DNA of 64,000 nt, taken from assembly GCA_038087875.1 (NCBI GenBank), contig JAXLNO010000627.1, positions 62,001 to 126,000 on the forward strand, read 5' to 3'. The translations under genes and the position numbers were made by a program. The notes under the pieces are model-generated. The model was not told the DNA's origin. It searched no databases and worked only from the letters and a program-made list of their open reading frames with translations. Positions 1 through 11,947 of this stretch are shown piece by piece (positions within the stretch are counted from its first letter, which is position 1; each line of letters starts with the position of its first letter). The DNA is from Malacoraja senta. Its lineage: Eukaryota.

Positions 1-309
1 GATATCTGCACGGCCAATGTTCTCCAAGCATTTTAGCTGTTGTTGTCCCTTCAGCTGTCGCTTCTCTTTACCTTCATTTCGCTTCACTTTTGGAATTCTG
101 AAGTTGGGTACATGTCTCTCACACTTACCCCGACTTCCACAATTTTTTACAGCGAAAAAATTCAACATTTTGGCGGTTTTTAACAGGTAGGAATGTACGC
201 GATTCTTGTATTAATAACATATACCGGAAGTTACGGATGTCCTACAGATGGATTGAGCGGGTCCGTGCGTCAAGCCCTATGACCCGGTGACCTTACGTGC
301 AACCCCCCT
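1..309 (-). mobile_element. Partial THAP-containing non-autonomous DNA transposon (same family as 32528-33429), running off the window start
   Basis: Reverse complement closely matches 32528-32834. The terminus reads AGGGGGGTTGCACG and is flanked by AT. The minus-strand frame from ATG at 168 reads MLNFFAVKNCGSRGKCERHVPNFRIPKVKR..., a THAP N-terminus. Confidence 0.8.
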
Positions 310-344
310 ATAGTAAATAATTGAATTTAAAAAAACAGTGGGTG

Positions 345-545
345 AACATGAGGACCTGTGGGCAGACAGCTAATGGAGCTGTGGCTCCGCATACAGACCA
401 CTGGAGGACAGTGGGATCCTGTGGGTACACAGCTGGTGGAGCTGTGGCACCGCATACAATCCACTGGTGGACACGAGGACCCTGTGGACACTCGGCTGGT
501 GGAGCCAAAGATTATATAGCCCCTCTAGTATCTTTGGGTGGAGCT
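345..545. repeat. Degenerate ~63-bp tandem repeat, about 3 copies
   Basis: GGA(C/T)CTGTGG...GCTGGTGGAGCTGTGGC recurs at about 352, 414 and 477. Confidence 0.7.
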
Positions 546-639
546 GCCCCCTCTCCTCACTCCCCCCGCTCTCTCTGAGACCTTCCCCGGGAACAGAGCC
601 CCGCTCTTTGATGGACATTCAGTCCCAGACTCCGCCTTC

Positions 640-905
640 ACCCCCAGCCCCGGGCTCTCCACTGGATTCTCCTCATACGTCACACGTCAAGCAGACCATG
701 GGTTTCCCCACACGTCACGCGTCGGATAGCCCGCGGTATTCGCAGAACGTCACGCCGTCGGGTGGTCCTGAACTCCGCCCAACGTCACGCCGTCAGGTGG
801 ACCTTTCCCCGCCCCCAAAACGTCACGCCGTCAGGTGCCCCCCCCCCCACATACGTCACGCCGTCAGGGATAGCTCCACGCGGGTGACGGTTTAACGGCA
901 GCAGA
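640..905 (+). promoter_or_regulatory. CpG-rich putative promoter with six phased ACGTCAC(GCCGTCA) CRE/ATF-like motifs, GC boxes and a TAACGG MYB site
   Basis: High CpG density. ACGTCAC at 677, 712, 747, 782, 820 and 853; CCGCCC boxes in the spacers; TAACGG at about 893. Followed by purine-rich intron-like sequence. Confidence 0.55.
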
Positions 906-2054
906 GAGAGAGAGAGGGAGAGGGAGAGAGAGAGAGACAGAGACAGAGAGGGACGGGGGACGGGGGACGGGGCAGAGGTGGGTCCGGTCCGGAGTGGGAT
1001 GTGAGATGAGCGCTTGGCTGTGAGGTGAGGAGAGGTTGAGTGTGGGGAAGGGGATGGAATGGCAAAGGTGTGGGGGGGAGAAGGGGGTAAGGGGACGGGA
1101 GTGAGAAGAGGGATGGGGATGTGGGGTGAGAGGGAGGGGAGGTGAGGGGAGGGGAGGGGGTGAGAGGGAGAGAGGGAGGGGGAGGGGAGGGGAGGGGGTG
1201 AGAGGGAGAGAGGGAGGGGGTGGGGAGAGGGGGTGTAGATGAGGAGGGAATGGGTGGGGGAGCGGTGAGTGGGTGGAAGGAGGATGGGCAGTGAGTGAGT
1301 GAGGGGTGTGGGCAGGGTGGGAGGGCGTGGGGCTGGAGGGGAGGCTGGTCTGGGGAGCAGGGAGGGGGCAGAGGAGATAGCAAGGAAGGAAGGGTTATAG
1401 GAGTCGAGGGAGGGGGCAGGTGGATGGGCACAGGATCGTGGGGAGGGCAGAGGGGATGGTGAGGGTTTAGTACACGTGAGGCAGACGCAGAGGAGGAAGG
1501 GGATTTGAACTGGGGAGGGGGAAATAGGCAGGAGGGAGACATGGAGGGGGTTGGAGCTGGGAGACGGAGCCAGGCCAGGGGGTGCAGACAGCCCAAGAGG
1601 TCATCTGTGTCTGGTTCAGTCTGCGGCGTCCTGTCTCAGTGTACAACACCTCGGGGACACCACACCTGCTGGGATATGTACAGTTCTGGCCACCCTGTTA
1701 TAGGAAGGGTGTCAGTAAACTGGAAAAGATGCAACATTGATTACCAGGATTGGAGGGTTTGAGTGAGAAGCAGAGGGTGGATAGGCTGGGATTGATTTCC
1801 ATGGAGTGAAGGAGGTGAGGGGATGACCTTATGTAGGTTTATAAAATCACAAGAGCACAGATCGGGTGAAGGGCACATTTTTTCCCAAGGTACAGGGTCT
1901 GAAACTAGGGTCTATAGGTTTAATGTGAGAGGGGAAAAATTAAAGGGAACTTGAGGTGCTGCATGACTCCATTTTATTCCAACATCCATTAAAGTTCTAG
2001 CAGTCAAATGATATTTCCCCGTCGCATCCCTGACTGATGTCGCATTTGTTACAG

Positions 2055-2159
2055 GTGGCAGATGGACCGAAAACAATGGGCTCTACATGTCAGAGACAGA
2101 GGCAAGGTCTGTGAAAGGCCACAGGGTATCTTTGAGCAACAAATGCAAGGAAGGCTGAG
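2055..2159 (+). other. Exon-like module (AG...GT bounded), paralogous to 9596-9699
   Basis: tttgttacag|GTGG...GGCTGAG|gtgaga. Shares the AACAATGG.CTCT core, the AGGCTGAGGTGAGAGAGGG end and upstream intron sequence with the 9596 copy. Confidence 0.45.
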
Positions 2160-2270
2160 GTGAGAGAGGGACCTGGGACTAGAAGGGGGTGTATGTTCTG
2201 TCTTGCCTTACTCATTAAAATCTCACCTCCTTTATCTCCTTGAAATTAGATCCTCCAGACCTGGCTGCTC

Positions 2271-3430
2271 TATAGACAATAGACAACAGGTGCAGGAGTA
2301 GGCCATTCGGACCTTCGAGCCAGCACCACCATTCAGTGTGATCATGGCTGATCATCCCCAATCAGTACCTCGTTCCTGCCTTCTCCCCATATCCCCTGAC
2401 TCTGCCATTTTTGAGAGCCCCATCTAGCTCTCTTGAAAGCATCCAGAGAACCTGCCTCCACTGCCCTCCGAGGCAGAGAATTCCATAGACTCACCACTCT
2501 CTGTGAGAAAAAGTGTTTCCTCGTCTCCGTTCTAAATGGCTTACTCCTTATTCTTAAACTGTGGCCCCTGGTTCTGGACACCCCCAACATGGGGAACATG
2601 TTTCCTGCCTCTAGCGTGTCCAAGCCCTTAACAATCGTATATGTTTCAATGAGATGCCCTCTCATCCTTCTAAACTCCAGAGTGTACAAGCCCAGCTGCT
2701 CCATTCTCTCAGCATATGACAGTCCCGCCATTCCGGGAATTAACCTTGTATACCTACACTGCACTCCCTCAATAGCAAGAATGTCCTTCCTCAAATTAGG
2801 GGACCAAAACTGCACACAATACTCCAGGTGTGGTCTCACTAGGGCTCTGTACAACTGCAGAAGGACCTCTTTGGTCCTATATTCGATTCCTCTTGTTATA
2901 AAGGCCAACATGCCATTCGCTTTCTTCACTGCCTGCTGTACCTACATGCTTACTTTCATAGACTGATGTACAAGGACCCCCAGATCCCGTTGTACTTCCC
3001 CTTTTCCTAACCTGACGCCATTTAGATAGTAATCTGCCTTCCTGTTTTTGCTACCAAAGTGGATAACCTCACATTTATCCAAATTAAACTTCATCTGCCA
3101 TGCATCTGCCCACTCCCCCAATCTGTCCAAGTCACCCTGCATTCTCATAGCATCCTCCTCACAGTTCACACTGCCACCCAGCTTTGTGTCATCTGCAAAT
3201 TTGCTAATGTTACTTTGAATCCCTTCATCCAAATCATTGATGTATATTATAAATAGCTGCGGTCCCAGCACTGAGCTTTGCGGTACCCCACTAGTCACTG
3301 CCTGCCATTCTGAAAGGGGCCTGTTAATCCCTACTCTTTGTTTCCCGTCTGCCAACCACTTCTCTATCCATGTCAGCACTCTACCCCCAATACCATTTTG
3401 CCCACTAATCTCCTATGTGGGACCTTATCT
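2271..3430 (-). mobile_element. CR1 LINE, 5'-truncated (RT C-terminal half, 3' UTR, microsatellite tail)
   Basis: ORFs 2942-3379 (GVPQSSVLGP, KFADDTKL) and 2342-2929 ([15 protein letters not shown]); (TCTATTG)n-type tail at the left end. Confidence 0.95.
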
Positions 3431-3737
3431 CTAGAATCACTGCTCTAGAATCACATCCCAAAGCACTCTACCCCTTTACACCATAACACAAAAGGGACAG
3501 GAGTAAGAGTAGGCCACCTGTGTCCTCACACTGTAATTTAATATGAACATGGCCAATTTGCTCCACACCTCAACTCTTCTCCTGTGCCAACTGCACGTAG
3601 CTTTCCATTCCCTATCAGTGAAAAACTGATCTATTCCCTCTATCATCAACAATCTAACCTCCAGGGTGGAGAATTCCAATGTCACCATGCTCTCCCTGAA
3701 TGTGACTGAACAATTATGGTGTAACTACCATAGTCTG

Positions 3738-4640
3738 CATAGAAACATAGAAAATAGGTGCAGGAGGAGGCCATTCGGCTCTTCGAGCCAGCACCGCCAT
3801 TCATTGTGATCATGGCTGATCGTCCCCTATCAATAACCTGTGCCTGCCTTCTCCCCATATCCCTTGACTCCACTAGCCCCTAGAGCTCTATCTAACTCTC
3901 TCTTAAATACATCCAATGATTTGGCCTCCACTGCCCCCTGTGGTAGAGAATTCCATAAATTCACAACTCTGGGTGAAAACGTTTTTTCTCACCTCAGTCT
4001 TAAATGACCTCCCCTTTATTCTAAGATTGTGGCCCCTGGTTCTGGACTCGCCCAACATTGGGAAAAAATTTCCTGCATCTATCTTGTCCGGTCCTTTTAT
4101 AATTTTATGTTTCTATAAGACGCCCCCTCATCCTTCTAAACTCCAGTGAATACAAGCCTAGTCTTTTCAATCTTCCTCATATTACAGTCCCGCCATCCCA
4201 GGGATCAATCTTGTAAACCTACGCTGCACTGCCTCAATCACAAGGATGTCCTTCCTCAAATTAGGAGACCAAAACTGTACACAATACTCCAGATGTGGTC
4301 TCACCAGAGCCCTATACAACTGCAGAAGAACCTCTTTACTCCTATACTGAAATCCTATGCAAATTCACTAACAATGTTAATGACACTGTCATCCATATTG
4401 TTAATGTAGCTAACAAACAACAGTGGACACAGCACCGGCATCTGGATCACTCCACTGGTAACAGGCCTCCAATGAGAAAAACTGTGCTCCAAAACTACCC
4501 ATGGACTCCTTCCTCCAAGCCAACCTTGAATCCAATTGTGTAGCTTGCCTTGGATTCCATGTGATCTAACCTTCCACACTAGCCTACCATATGACAACTT
4601 GTCAATGGTCTTCTGAAGTCCATATAAACTGCCCTGCGGA
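3738..4640 (-). mobile_element. Stacked CR1 3' fragments
   Basis: CR1 3' end with ATAGAAAC tail at 3738-4355, abutting an older RT fragment (ORF 4355-4597, WRPVTSGVIQ). Confidence 0.85.
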
Positions 4641-4779
4641 CTGACTATCTCTAATCAGACCTACAGTCATACTGCATGGAAAGTTTGAAGAAAGATCTCG
4701 ACCCAAAACGTCGCCAATTTCCTTCGCTCCATAGATGCTGCCTCACCCGCTGAGTTTCTCCAGCATTTTTGTCTACTTC

Positions 4780-7700
4780 TGTTCTGCCCAACTAGCCTGT
4801 ACAGACCAGGTTTCCTATCTACGCTAGTTCCACCTGCCTGTATGTGGCCCATATGCCTGTAATCTTTTCCTATCCGAGTACTTATCCAAATGTCTTTTAA
4901 ATGTTCAAAGGCTCAAAGGTCTGTTTATTGTCACATGTACCAATTAAGGTACAGTGAAACTCAAATTACCATACAGCCATACAGCAAAAATGCAACAAGA
5001 CACAGCTACATAAAAATTAACATGAACATCCACCACAGCGGATTGCCCACTTTCCTCACTGTAATGGAAGGCAATAAAGTTTAATTTTCTTCCTCTTTAT
5101 TGTACCACGGTGGGGGCAGTCGAACCATCCTCAGTCTGGGCGATCGAAGCTTAAGCTACCTCCTCACGCAGCTTGTTCTATTTACCTACCCCTTGTGTGA
5201 AAATGCTGCCCTCAGATTTCTATTAATCTTTTCCCTCTCACATTAAACTTAAGTCCTCTTGTTCTTGATTTCCCTTCTCAGGGTAAAAGTTCACAAGTTA
5301 CACAAGTAGAATTAGGCCATTTGGCCCATTGAGTCCACTCCGCCATTCAATCATGGCTGATCTCTGCCTCCTAATTCCATTTTCCTGCCTTATCCCCATA
5401 ACCCATGACACCTGTTCTAATCAAGAATTTGTCTATCTCTGCCTTAAAAATATCCACTGACAGCCTCCACAACCCTCTGTGGCAATGAGTTCCACAGATT
5501 AACTAGCCTCTGACTAAAGAAGTTCCTCCTCACCTTGTTTCTAAACAAGTGCCTTTTAATTCTGTAACTATAACCTCTGGTCCTAAACTCTCCGACTAGT
5601 AGAAACATCCTTTTCACATCCACTCTATGCCTTTCATTATTCTCTAAGTTTCAATGAGGTCCCCCCTCAACTTTCTAAACTCCGGCGACTAGAGGCCCAG
5701 TGCTGTCAAATGCTCAGACTATATGGACGATAATATATACAACTTCATGTGATCACCCCTTAGCTTCCTGAGCTCAAAGGAATAAAGCCCTAGCCTGCTC
5801 GGCTCCCCCAAGAGCTCAGGCCCTCATGTACTGGCAATATCCTCATCGATCTTCTTTGCATTCTTTCCAGCTTAACGATATCCTTCCTCTAACAGGCTGA
5901 CCAAAACTGAACACAATATTTCAAATTTGGCCTCACCAACATCTTGTACAACTGTTAACATAACATCCCAACTTTTATACTCAAATCTTTGACTGATGAA
6001 GGCTAATGTACTTAAAGGCTTCTTGAGCACAAGATCTACATGTGAGGCCACTTTCAGGGAAATGTGCACCTGCACTTACAAGATCCCTATGCTCTACAAC
6101 ACTCCCCAGGACCTTGTCATTAACTGTGAAGATGCCACCCTGGTTTGACTTTCTAAAATGCAATGCCTTGCACTTATCTTCATTAAATTCCATTAACCAT
6201 TCCACAACTGAATTACCCAGCTGATCAAGATTCTATTGTAAATTTTGGGAACCATCTTTGCTATCTACAATTTGCCTACCACAGATGTTAGGCCTACTGG
6301 TCTATAGTTCCCAGGTTTTTCCTTGCAACCCTTCTTAAATAGAGGCACATTAGCCACCCTCCACTCTTGCGGCACCTCACCCATGTCTAATTATGACTCA
6401 GTCGGAGATCCTGCAATTCTTCTCGAGCCACCTACAGTATCCTCGGATATATCAGATCATGTTCAGGAGATTTATATACTTTCAATTACCTTGGGACATC
6501 CAGCACGTCCGACCATATTACAGACTGTCCTAATTGAGGACCTTGTCCATCTCCTGCATCACACAGAGATAAACATTTTGGTCCTGGAGGACCCTATTCT
6601 CTCTCTATTTACCCTCTTTATCTTAATGTATATAAAATCTCTCTGGATTTTCCTTAATATTATTTCCCTATTTTTTGCCGTCCTGATTTTCCCGAAACTT
6701 CCCAGCAGCCTGCAAGTTCTATGCCTCCTTTTTCCAGACCAGAGGCTCAATTTCTCTGATCATGCAGGCTTCCTTACTCCCACCTGCCTTGCCCTCTGCT
6801 CGAATTGGATCTTGCATGCTCTGAGCTCATGCCATCACATTTTTAAATGCATCCCACTTTCCGGATGTTCCTTTGCCTGCAAACAACCTACTCCAATCAA
6901 CTTGAGCAAGTTCCTATCTCATTCCATCAAAGTTACACTAGTCCCAATTTAGAATTTTAACATGGGCCCACCCTCTCTTAATCCACAATTATTTTAAAGC
7001 TAATAGAACTGTGGTCACTGGTCCTAAAACACTCGTCCACAGACATTTCAGGCGCTTGCCTGTCCCAATTTCCAAAGAGAAGATCAAGCTTTGCTCTCTC
7101 GCATCGTGGGCTCTAAATATTGCCTGAGGAAAGTTTCCTGAACTCATTTGACAAATTCCATCCCATCTCAGTCCTTGACACTCTGGCAGTCCCAGTCTAT
7201 ATTGGCAAAGTTAAAATCCCCGATGATGATAACCCCATTAGTCAGCTGTTTGCAATCTCCTTGCTCATTTGTTCTTATAATTCTCGTTGACTATTTAAAG
7301 GCCTATAGTACACTCCCAACAAGCTCCGTTTTTTATTTCTCAGCTCCACCCCTAAAACCTTATTGCAAGAGTCATCAGAAATGTCATCTGATTACTGCTG
7401 TGACATTCTCCTTAATCAATCGAGCAACTCCCCCTCCTCTTTTACCTCTATCTCTATCTTGTACCTCTCGCACCTGTACCCTGGATCATTAAGCTGCTAG
7501 TTCTGTACCTCTCTTAGCCATGTTTTTGTAATGTTTAAAATGTCCTAGTCGCATGTACCTATCCAAGTCTCACCCATCAGGCCTTTCGCACAAAATAGAT
7601 TCAATTCAATATAACAGTCCTACATTACTTCCTGCTGTGCTCCTGCCTATCCCGCCTAGTGAGCTTTCTTTATCACCTTCCACACCTAGTTCCAGCCTCT

Positions 7701-8080
7701 CACCTGCTTCTGTTCTGCAGTGGACCCCGCCCACCCAGGAAATTTAATTTAAACCCACCCCGACTATCAGCAACAAAAGTTCCTGCCAGGATATTGGTTC
7801 ATCTCCAGTTCAAGTGCAACGCATCCTTCTTGTATGGATCACCTCTGCCCCAGAAGAGATTCCAATGGTTCAAAAATCTAAATCCCTACCCCTGCAACAA
7901 CTCCTCATTTATCTGTCCAACTTTCTTGTACCTACCCTCATTAGCATGTACTGCTGGAGGTCCTGCTTTTGAACCTTTTGTCTAACTACGTATATTCATT
8001 TAGCGGGACCTCTTCCTTTTTCCTAATGACATTTGTGCCAACATGCACAGCACTCACCCTCCCCTTGAGAATGTCCATGC
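4780..8080 (-). mobile_element. Old degenerate long CR1 with nested younger CR1 3' end (5288-5720) and a SINE-like insert with a Rex1-type tail (~4905-5150)
   Basis: Degenerate RT, endonuclease and ORF1 esterase-region similarity to the younger CR1 at 45352-48640 (e.g. 7750-8070 resembles 48350-48630). Confidence 0.75.
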
Positions 8081-8232
8081 CTATCCAAATGCTGGTAGAT
8101 CCAGTCCTGCCAAATTCCCCCAAATAACCTTTGTGCCACTGCTGTCAGGCTCACTATTCTGTAGCTCCCTGATTTATACTTGCTGCTCTTTTCAATAATT
8201 CCCTTCTTAAATAGCCTTGTTTAAAACATCTC

Positions 8233-8365
8233 ACAGTGGTGCAGCTGGTAGAGTTGCTGCCTCGGTTCTCCCATCATCTGGCTTTAAACGTGACCTCGGG
8301 TGCTGACAGTGTGGAGTTTACACGTTCTCCCTTTGACCCTGTGTGTTTCCTCTCAACTCCCAAAA
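8233..8365 (+). mobile_element. HE1-like tRNA-derived V-SINE fragment
   Basis: CAGTGGTGCAGCTGGTAGAGTTGCTGCCTC head and GTGTGGAGTTT.CACGTTCTCCC V-domain. Related copies at 11180-11340(-), 16730-17055(-), 51318-51380(-), 55690-56120(-) and 61718-61778(+). Confidence 0.75.
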
Positions 8366-9595
8366 CATTAATGATGGTACTTTCTTTTAATTCTATCTTT
8401 TACATTGTTCTGTGTTGTGCTGAATGGTGCAATCTGGGTGGGCAAAATGGGAAGCGGGAGTGGGAAGGGGGGAGGGGGAAATGGGAGGAGGGAGAAGGGA
8501 GAGAGTGAAACATATTTACCAAAACGGTGCAATGAAATTCTTATTTGCAGCAGCATAACAGCTCTGTAAACGATAACATAAAAACAAATACATTTTCCGT
8601 TCAATAATAAAAAACAATATTAGTGAAAAACAAAGCAAGCCCAAATATAAAATGAGGGAGATTAACATAGTTGAGGGTCGGATTTTTTTTTTAATGGATG
8701 GTTGATGTGAAATCAAAGATCCTGTTTCCATGCTGTTTATCTCTGACTCTGACTCTTCCACATTGCAGGATGATGGTGTGCAGTATTAAACAAGGCAAGT
8801 TGTTGGGTCGAATGGCCTGTTCCTCTGCAGTAACTTCCATACAAAACACCCTTGTTTTTGCAGCCACTACAATACTAAAGGGTTAACTCTGCCCTGCTCT
8901 ATCATACAGAGACTGAGAACAAGGGATCAGGTAACCATTGATGAAAGGGCTCAGATATAAATTGAGCGAGAAGGAAACAAAGAATTTGTTGAAAGGAGAT
9001 TGGCGGGGGGGGGGGGGGGAGTGGGTAGAAGGAGGGAACGAACAGATGGAAGCAGAGTTTTCATAGCAATTAGAGTGGAAGGGTTTGTTAAAAACTTGTT
9101 TCTGTGTACAAAATTCAAACCTGCCATCATGACATTTCCAACGGAAACACTCTTCAGATTAATTTGCCAACATTCCCACAATCCTGTTTGTAACATGAAA
9201 CACACAGACTAAAAACAAAGTACTTTTCATAGCAAGCACCGGTAACATTTTGTGAAAGGCCACAGATGCAAATTAAGCCACAGATGAAAACAGGACAAAG
9301 GGGGAGTTTATGGAGTGGGGGAAGAGGGAGGCAAAGAAAGTTTTCAAGGCAGTTTGAATTATTGGACTGAGTAGGAAGGAACTGCAGATGCTGGTTTAAA
9401 CGGAAGGTAGACACAAAAAGCTGGAGTAACTAAGCGGGACAGGCAGCATCTCTAGCGAGAAGGAATGGGTGACGTTTCGTGGTATTGTATGGATGTGTCC
9501 AGTGGATGTTCTTCAACATGCTCTGCCCATTAAAGATCCAGTAGGCAGAGCCCTCTGTCCAATGATGCTTCTCAGTATTGTTGTGTTTGTTTTAG

Positions 9596-9699
9596 GAAGC
9601 TCGCTGACTGAGAACAATGGACTCTCCATGTCTGAGGCAGAGAAAACGGCTGGTGAAAAGTCACAGGAATATTCAGCAACGGATGGAAGCAAGGCTGAG
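9596..9699 (+). other. Exon-like module encoding (G)SSLTENNGLSMSEAEKTAGEKSQEYSATDGSKAE
   Basis: gtttgttttag|GAAG...GGCTGAG|gtgaga; the frame is open; paralogous to 2055-2159. Product not recognised. Confidence 0.45.
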
Positions 9700-9724
9700 G
9701 TGAGAGAGGGTGCTCGGACTGAGA

Positions 9725-10125
9725 GAGTCATAGAGTCATACAGTGTGGAAACAGGCCTTTCAGCACATCTTGCCCAAGCTGACCAACATGCCCCATCTTC
9801 ACGTCCCATCTGCCTGCATTTAGCCCTTATTCCTCTAAACATATCCTATCCATGTACTTGTAGTGATAGTAGCTGTCTCAATTACCTCCTCTGGCAGCTC
9901 ATTCCATACACCTACCACCCTTTGCGTTTAAAAAAAAGTTGTGCCTCGGGTTCCTATTCAATCTTTCCCCCCCTCACCTTCAACCTATGGCCTCTGGTTT
10001 TGACTCCCCTACTCTGGGTAAAAGCCTGTGCATTTATAGTATCTATTCCTCTCACGATATTATATACCTCTATAAGATCACCCCTCATCTTCCTACACTC
10101 CAAGGAATAAAGTCCTGGCCTGCTC
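9725..10125 (-). mobile_element. CR1 3' fragment
   Basis: ORF 9954-10175 GLYSLECRKMRGDLIEVY...TRGH; AGAGTCAT tail. Confidence 0.85.
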
Positions 10126-10611
10126 AACCAATGAGTGAATTTCCTGTGTCCTTTTCTGCTGTTCCACCCCTGCAATGTTTATCATTGAATTTGAATCCTC
10201 CATCAATGACTGCCAAGATCACTCAGTGTCTTCTCACAGGAACATAGCAAAACAGGAACAAAAGTAGATTGCCTGCCCTGTGTCAATGCAATCATATCTG
10301 ATCTGCCCCAGGCTTCAACTGATAGAGTCAAAGGAGTCATACAGCACAGATATTGGCCATTCAGTTCACCTTGCCCGCGCTGATCATTAAGAATCCATTT
10401 ATATCACTCCCATATATCAACATATGATCTGTCACGTTCTAGGCCTTGGTGATTCAAGTGCTCATCAAGATTCTTCTGAAATGTTGTGATAGCCTCTGCT
10501 GTCACCATCCTCTCAGGCAGTGCATTCCCTATTTCAACCATCCTCTGGGTGATAAACCCTGTTAGAGACCTGCTCCTTAACTTAACCCTGTGCCCTCTGC
10601 TTATTATGGTT

Positions 10612-11110
10612 AGAAACAAGGAACTGCAGATGCTGGTTTACATAATAAAGACAAAATACTGGAGCAAATCAGCGGGTCAGGCAGCATCTGTGGAGTACAT
10701 GGAGAGGTGACATTTTGGGTTGGGAACCTTCTTCAGATTGATTGTGGTGGGGAGGGCTGAGGGTGGAAGAAAGGTGGAAGAAATGAGGGGCAGGACAAAG
10801 CCTGGCAAGTAATAGGTGAATACAGGTGAGGGGGGGTTTTGATAGGTAGATGGTCAGACAACGGCCAAAGATGAAAAGATAGATGTCAGACAAAAGGGTT
10901 AAATAGTTGCAAATTGTGAAGCTAGAAGAAGGAATGTAGGTGGAAGGAGAGGGGGAGGAAACAAATAGGTGCGAGTCCAGGAGGGGCACATGGGGGTGAG
11001 AGGGGCGGTCATCGTTATCTAAAATTAGAATATTCAATGTTCATACCGTTGGGTACCCAAGCTATATGCCGTGCTGTTCCTCCAGTTGCATTTGGCCTCA
11101 CTCTGGCAAG
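10612..11110 (-). mobile_element. Penelope-like element 3' fragment (end of GIY-YIG region plus pseudo-LTR)
   Basis: Resembles 12000-12260. Ends in the GGAACTGCAGATGCTGG...GGTGAC.TTT.GGGT...CTTCTTCAGA pLTR motif. Confidence 0.75.
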
Positions 11111-11582
11111 GTGGGGTTGAATGAGAAAGGGTGAAGGAGGGAGAGAAAGACAGACGGATAGAGATCTACTCAGAGAGCACATACGTCACAAGACCATTTA
11201 GAGTCAAACATCAAGCACCCTGTTACACAAACCCTATACTAACCCATTCTCTCCACATTTGCATCAGCAGTTCCCACTCATCTTCATGTGGAGGTAATGT
11301 ACTGAAGGCAATGGCCCTATTAACCCACATGTCTTAGTCACAATGACTGCCCTGAAACAGGCCCTTTTACCCATGCTGACCAAGATGCCAATTTAACCAT
11401 GTGCTGCTGTAAAACGGACCCCGCACATACCAAGACAAGTATTCTTTTTGTTCTCTCTCTTGCCAATAAATCTGATGTGTTCATGTACCAGAGGGGTTCA
11501 CCGACGGGCTGAGTCATGATCAGTGCCGTGGACGGAGACAGAGAGAGAGGTGTGCTGCTGTAAAACTGGAACCCGCATCTAC

Positions 11583-11947
11583 CGAGACCACACCTGGAGT
11601 ATTGTGTGCAGTTTTGGTCTCCAAATTTGAGGAAGAACATTCTTGCTATTGAGGGAGTGCAGCGTAGGTTCACAACGTTAATTCCCGGGATGGCGGGACT
11701 GTCATATGCTGAGAGAATGGAGTGGCTGCGCTTGTATACTCTGGAGTTTAGATGGATGAAAGGGGATCTTATTGAAATATAAGATTATTAAGGGTTTGGA
11801 CACTCTAGAGGCAGGAAACATGTTCCCAATGTTGGGGGAATCCAGAACCAGGGGCCACAGTTTAATAATAAGGGGTAAGCCATTAGAATGGAGGTGAGTA
11901 AACACATTTTCACACTGAGAGTAGTAAGTCTGTGGAATTCTCTGCCC
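11583..11947 (+). mobile_element. CR1 fragment
   Basis: AGACCACACCTGGAGTATTGTGTGCAGTTTTGG...; same subfamily as 2271-3430. Confidence 0.85.

Noticed and set aside
677..870. CRISPR-like repeat-spacer appearance
   Set aside because: Repeats are only ~15 nt, spacers are partly related to each other, there are no cas genes, and the context is vertebrate.
11400..11590. ~37-bp direct repeats 151 bp apart (mini-LTR-like)
   Set aside because: No TSD, PBS or PPT, and too short to classify.
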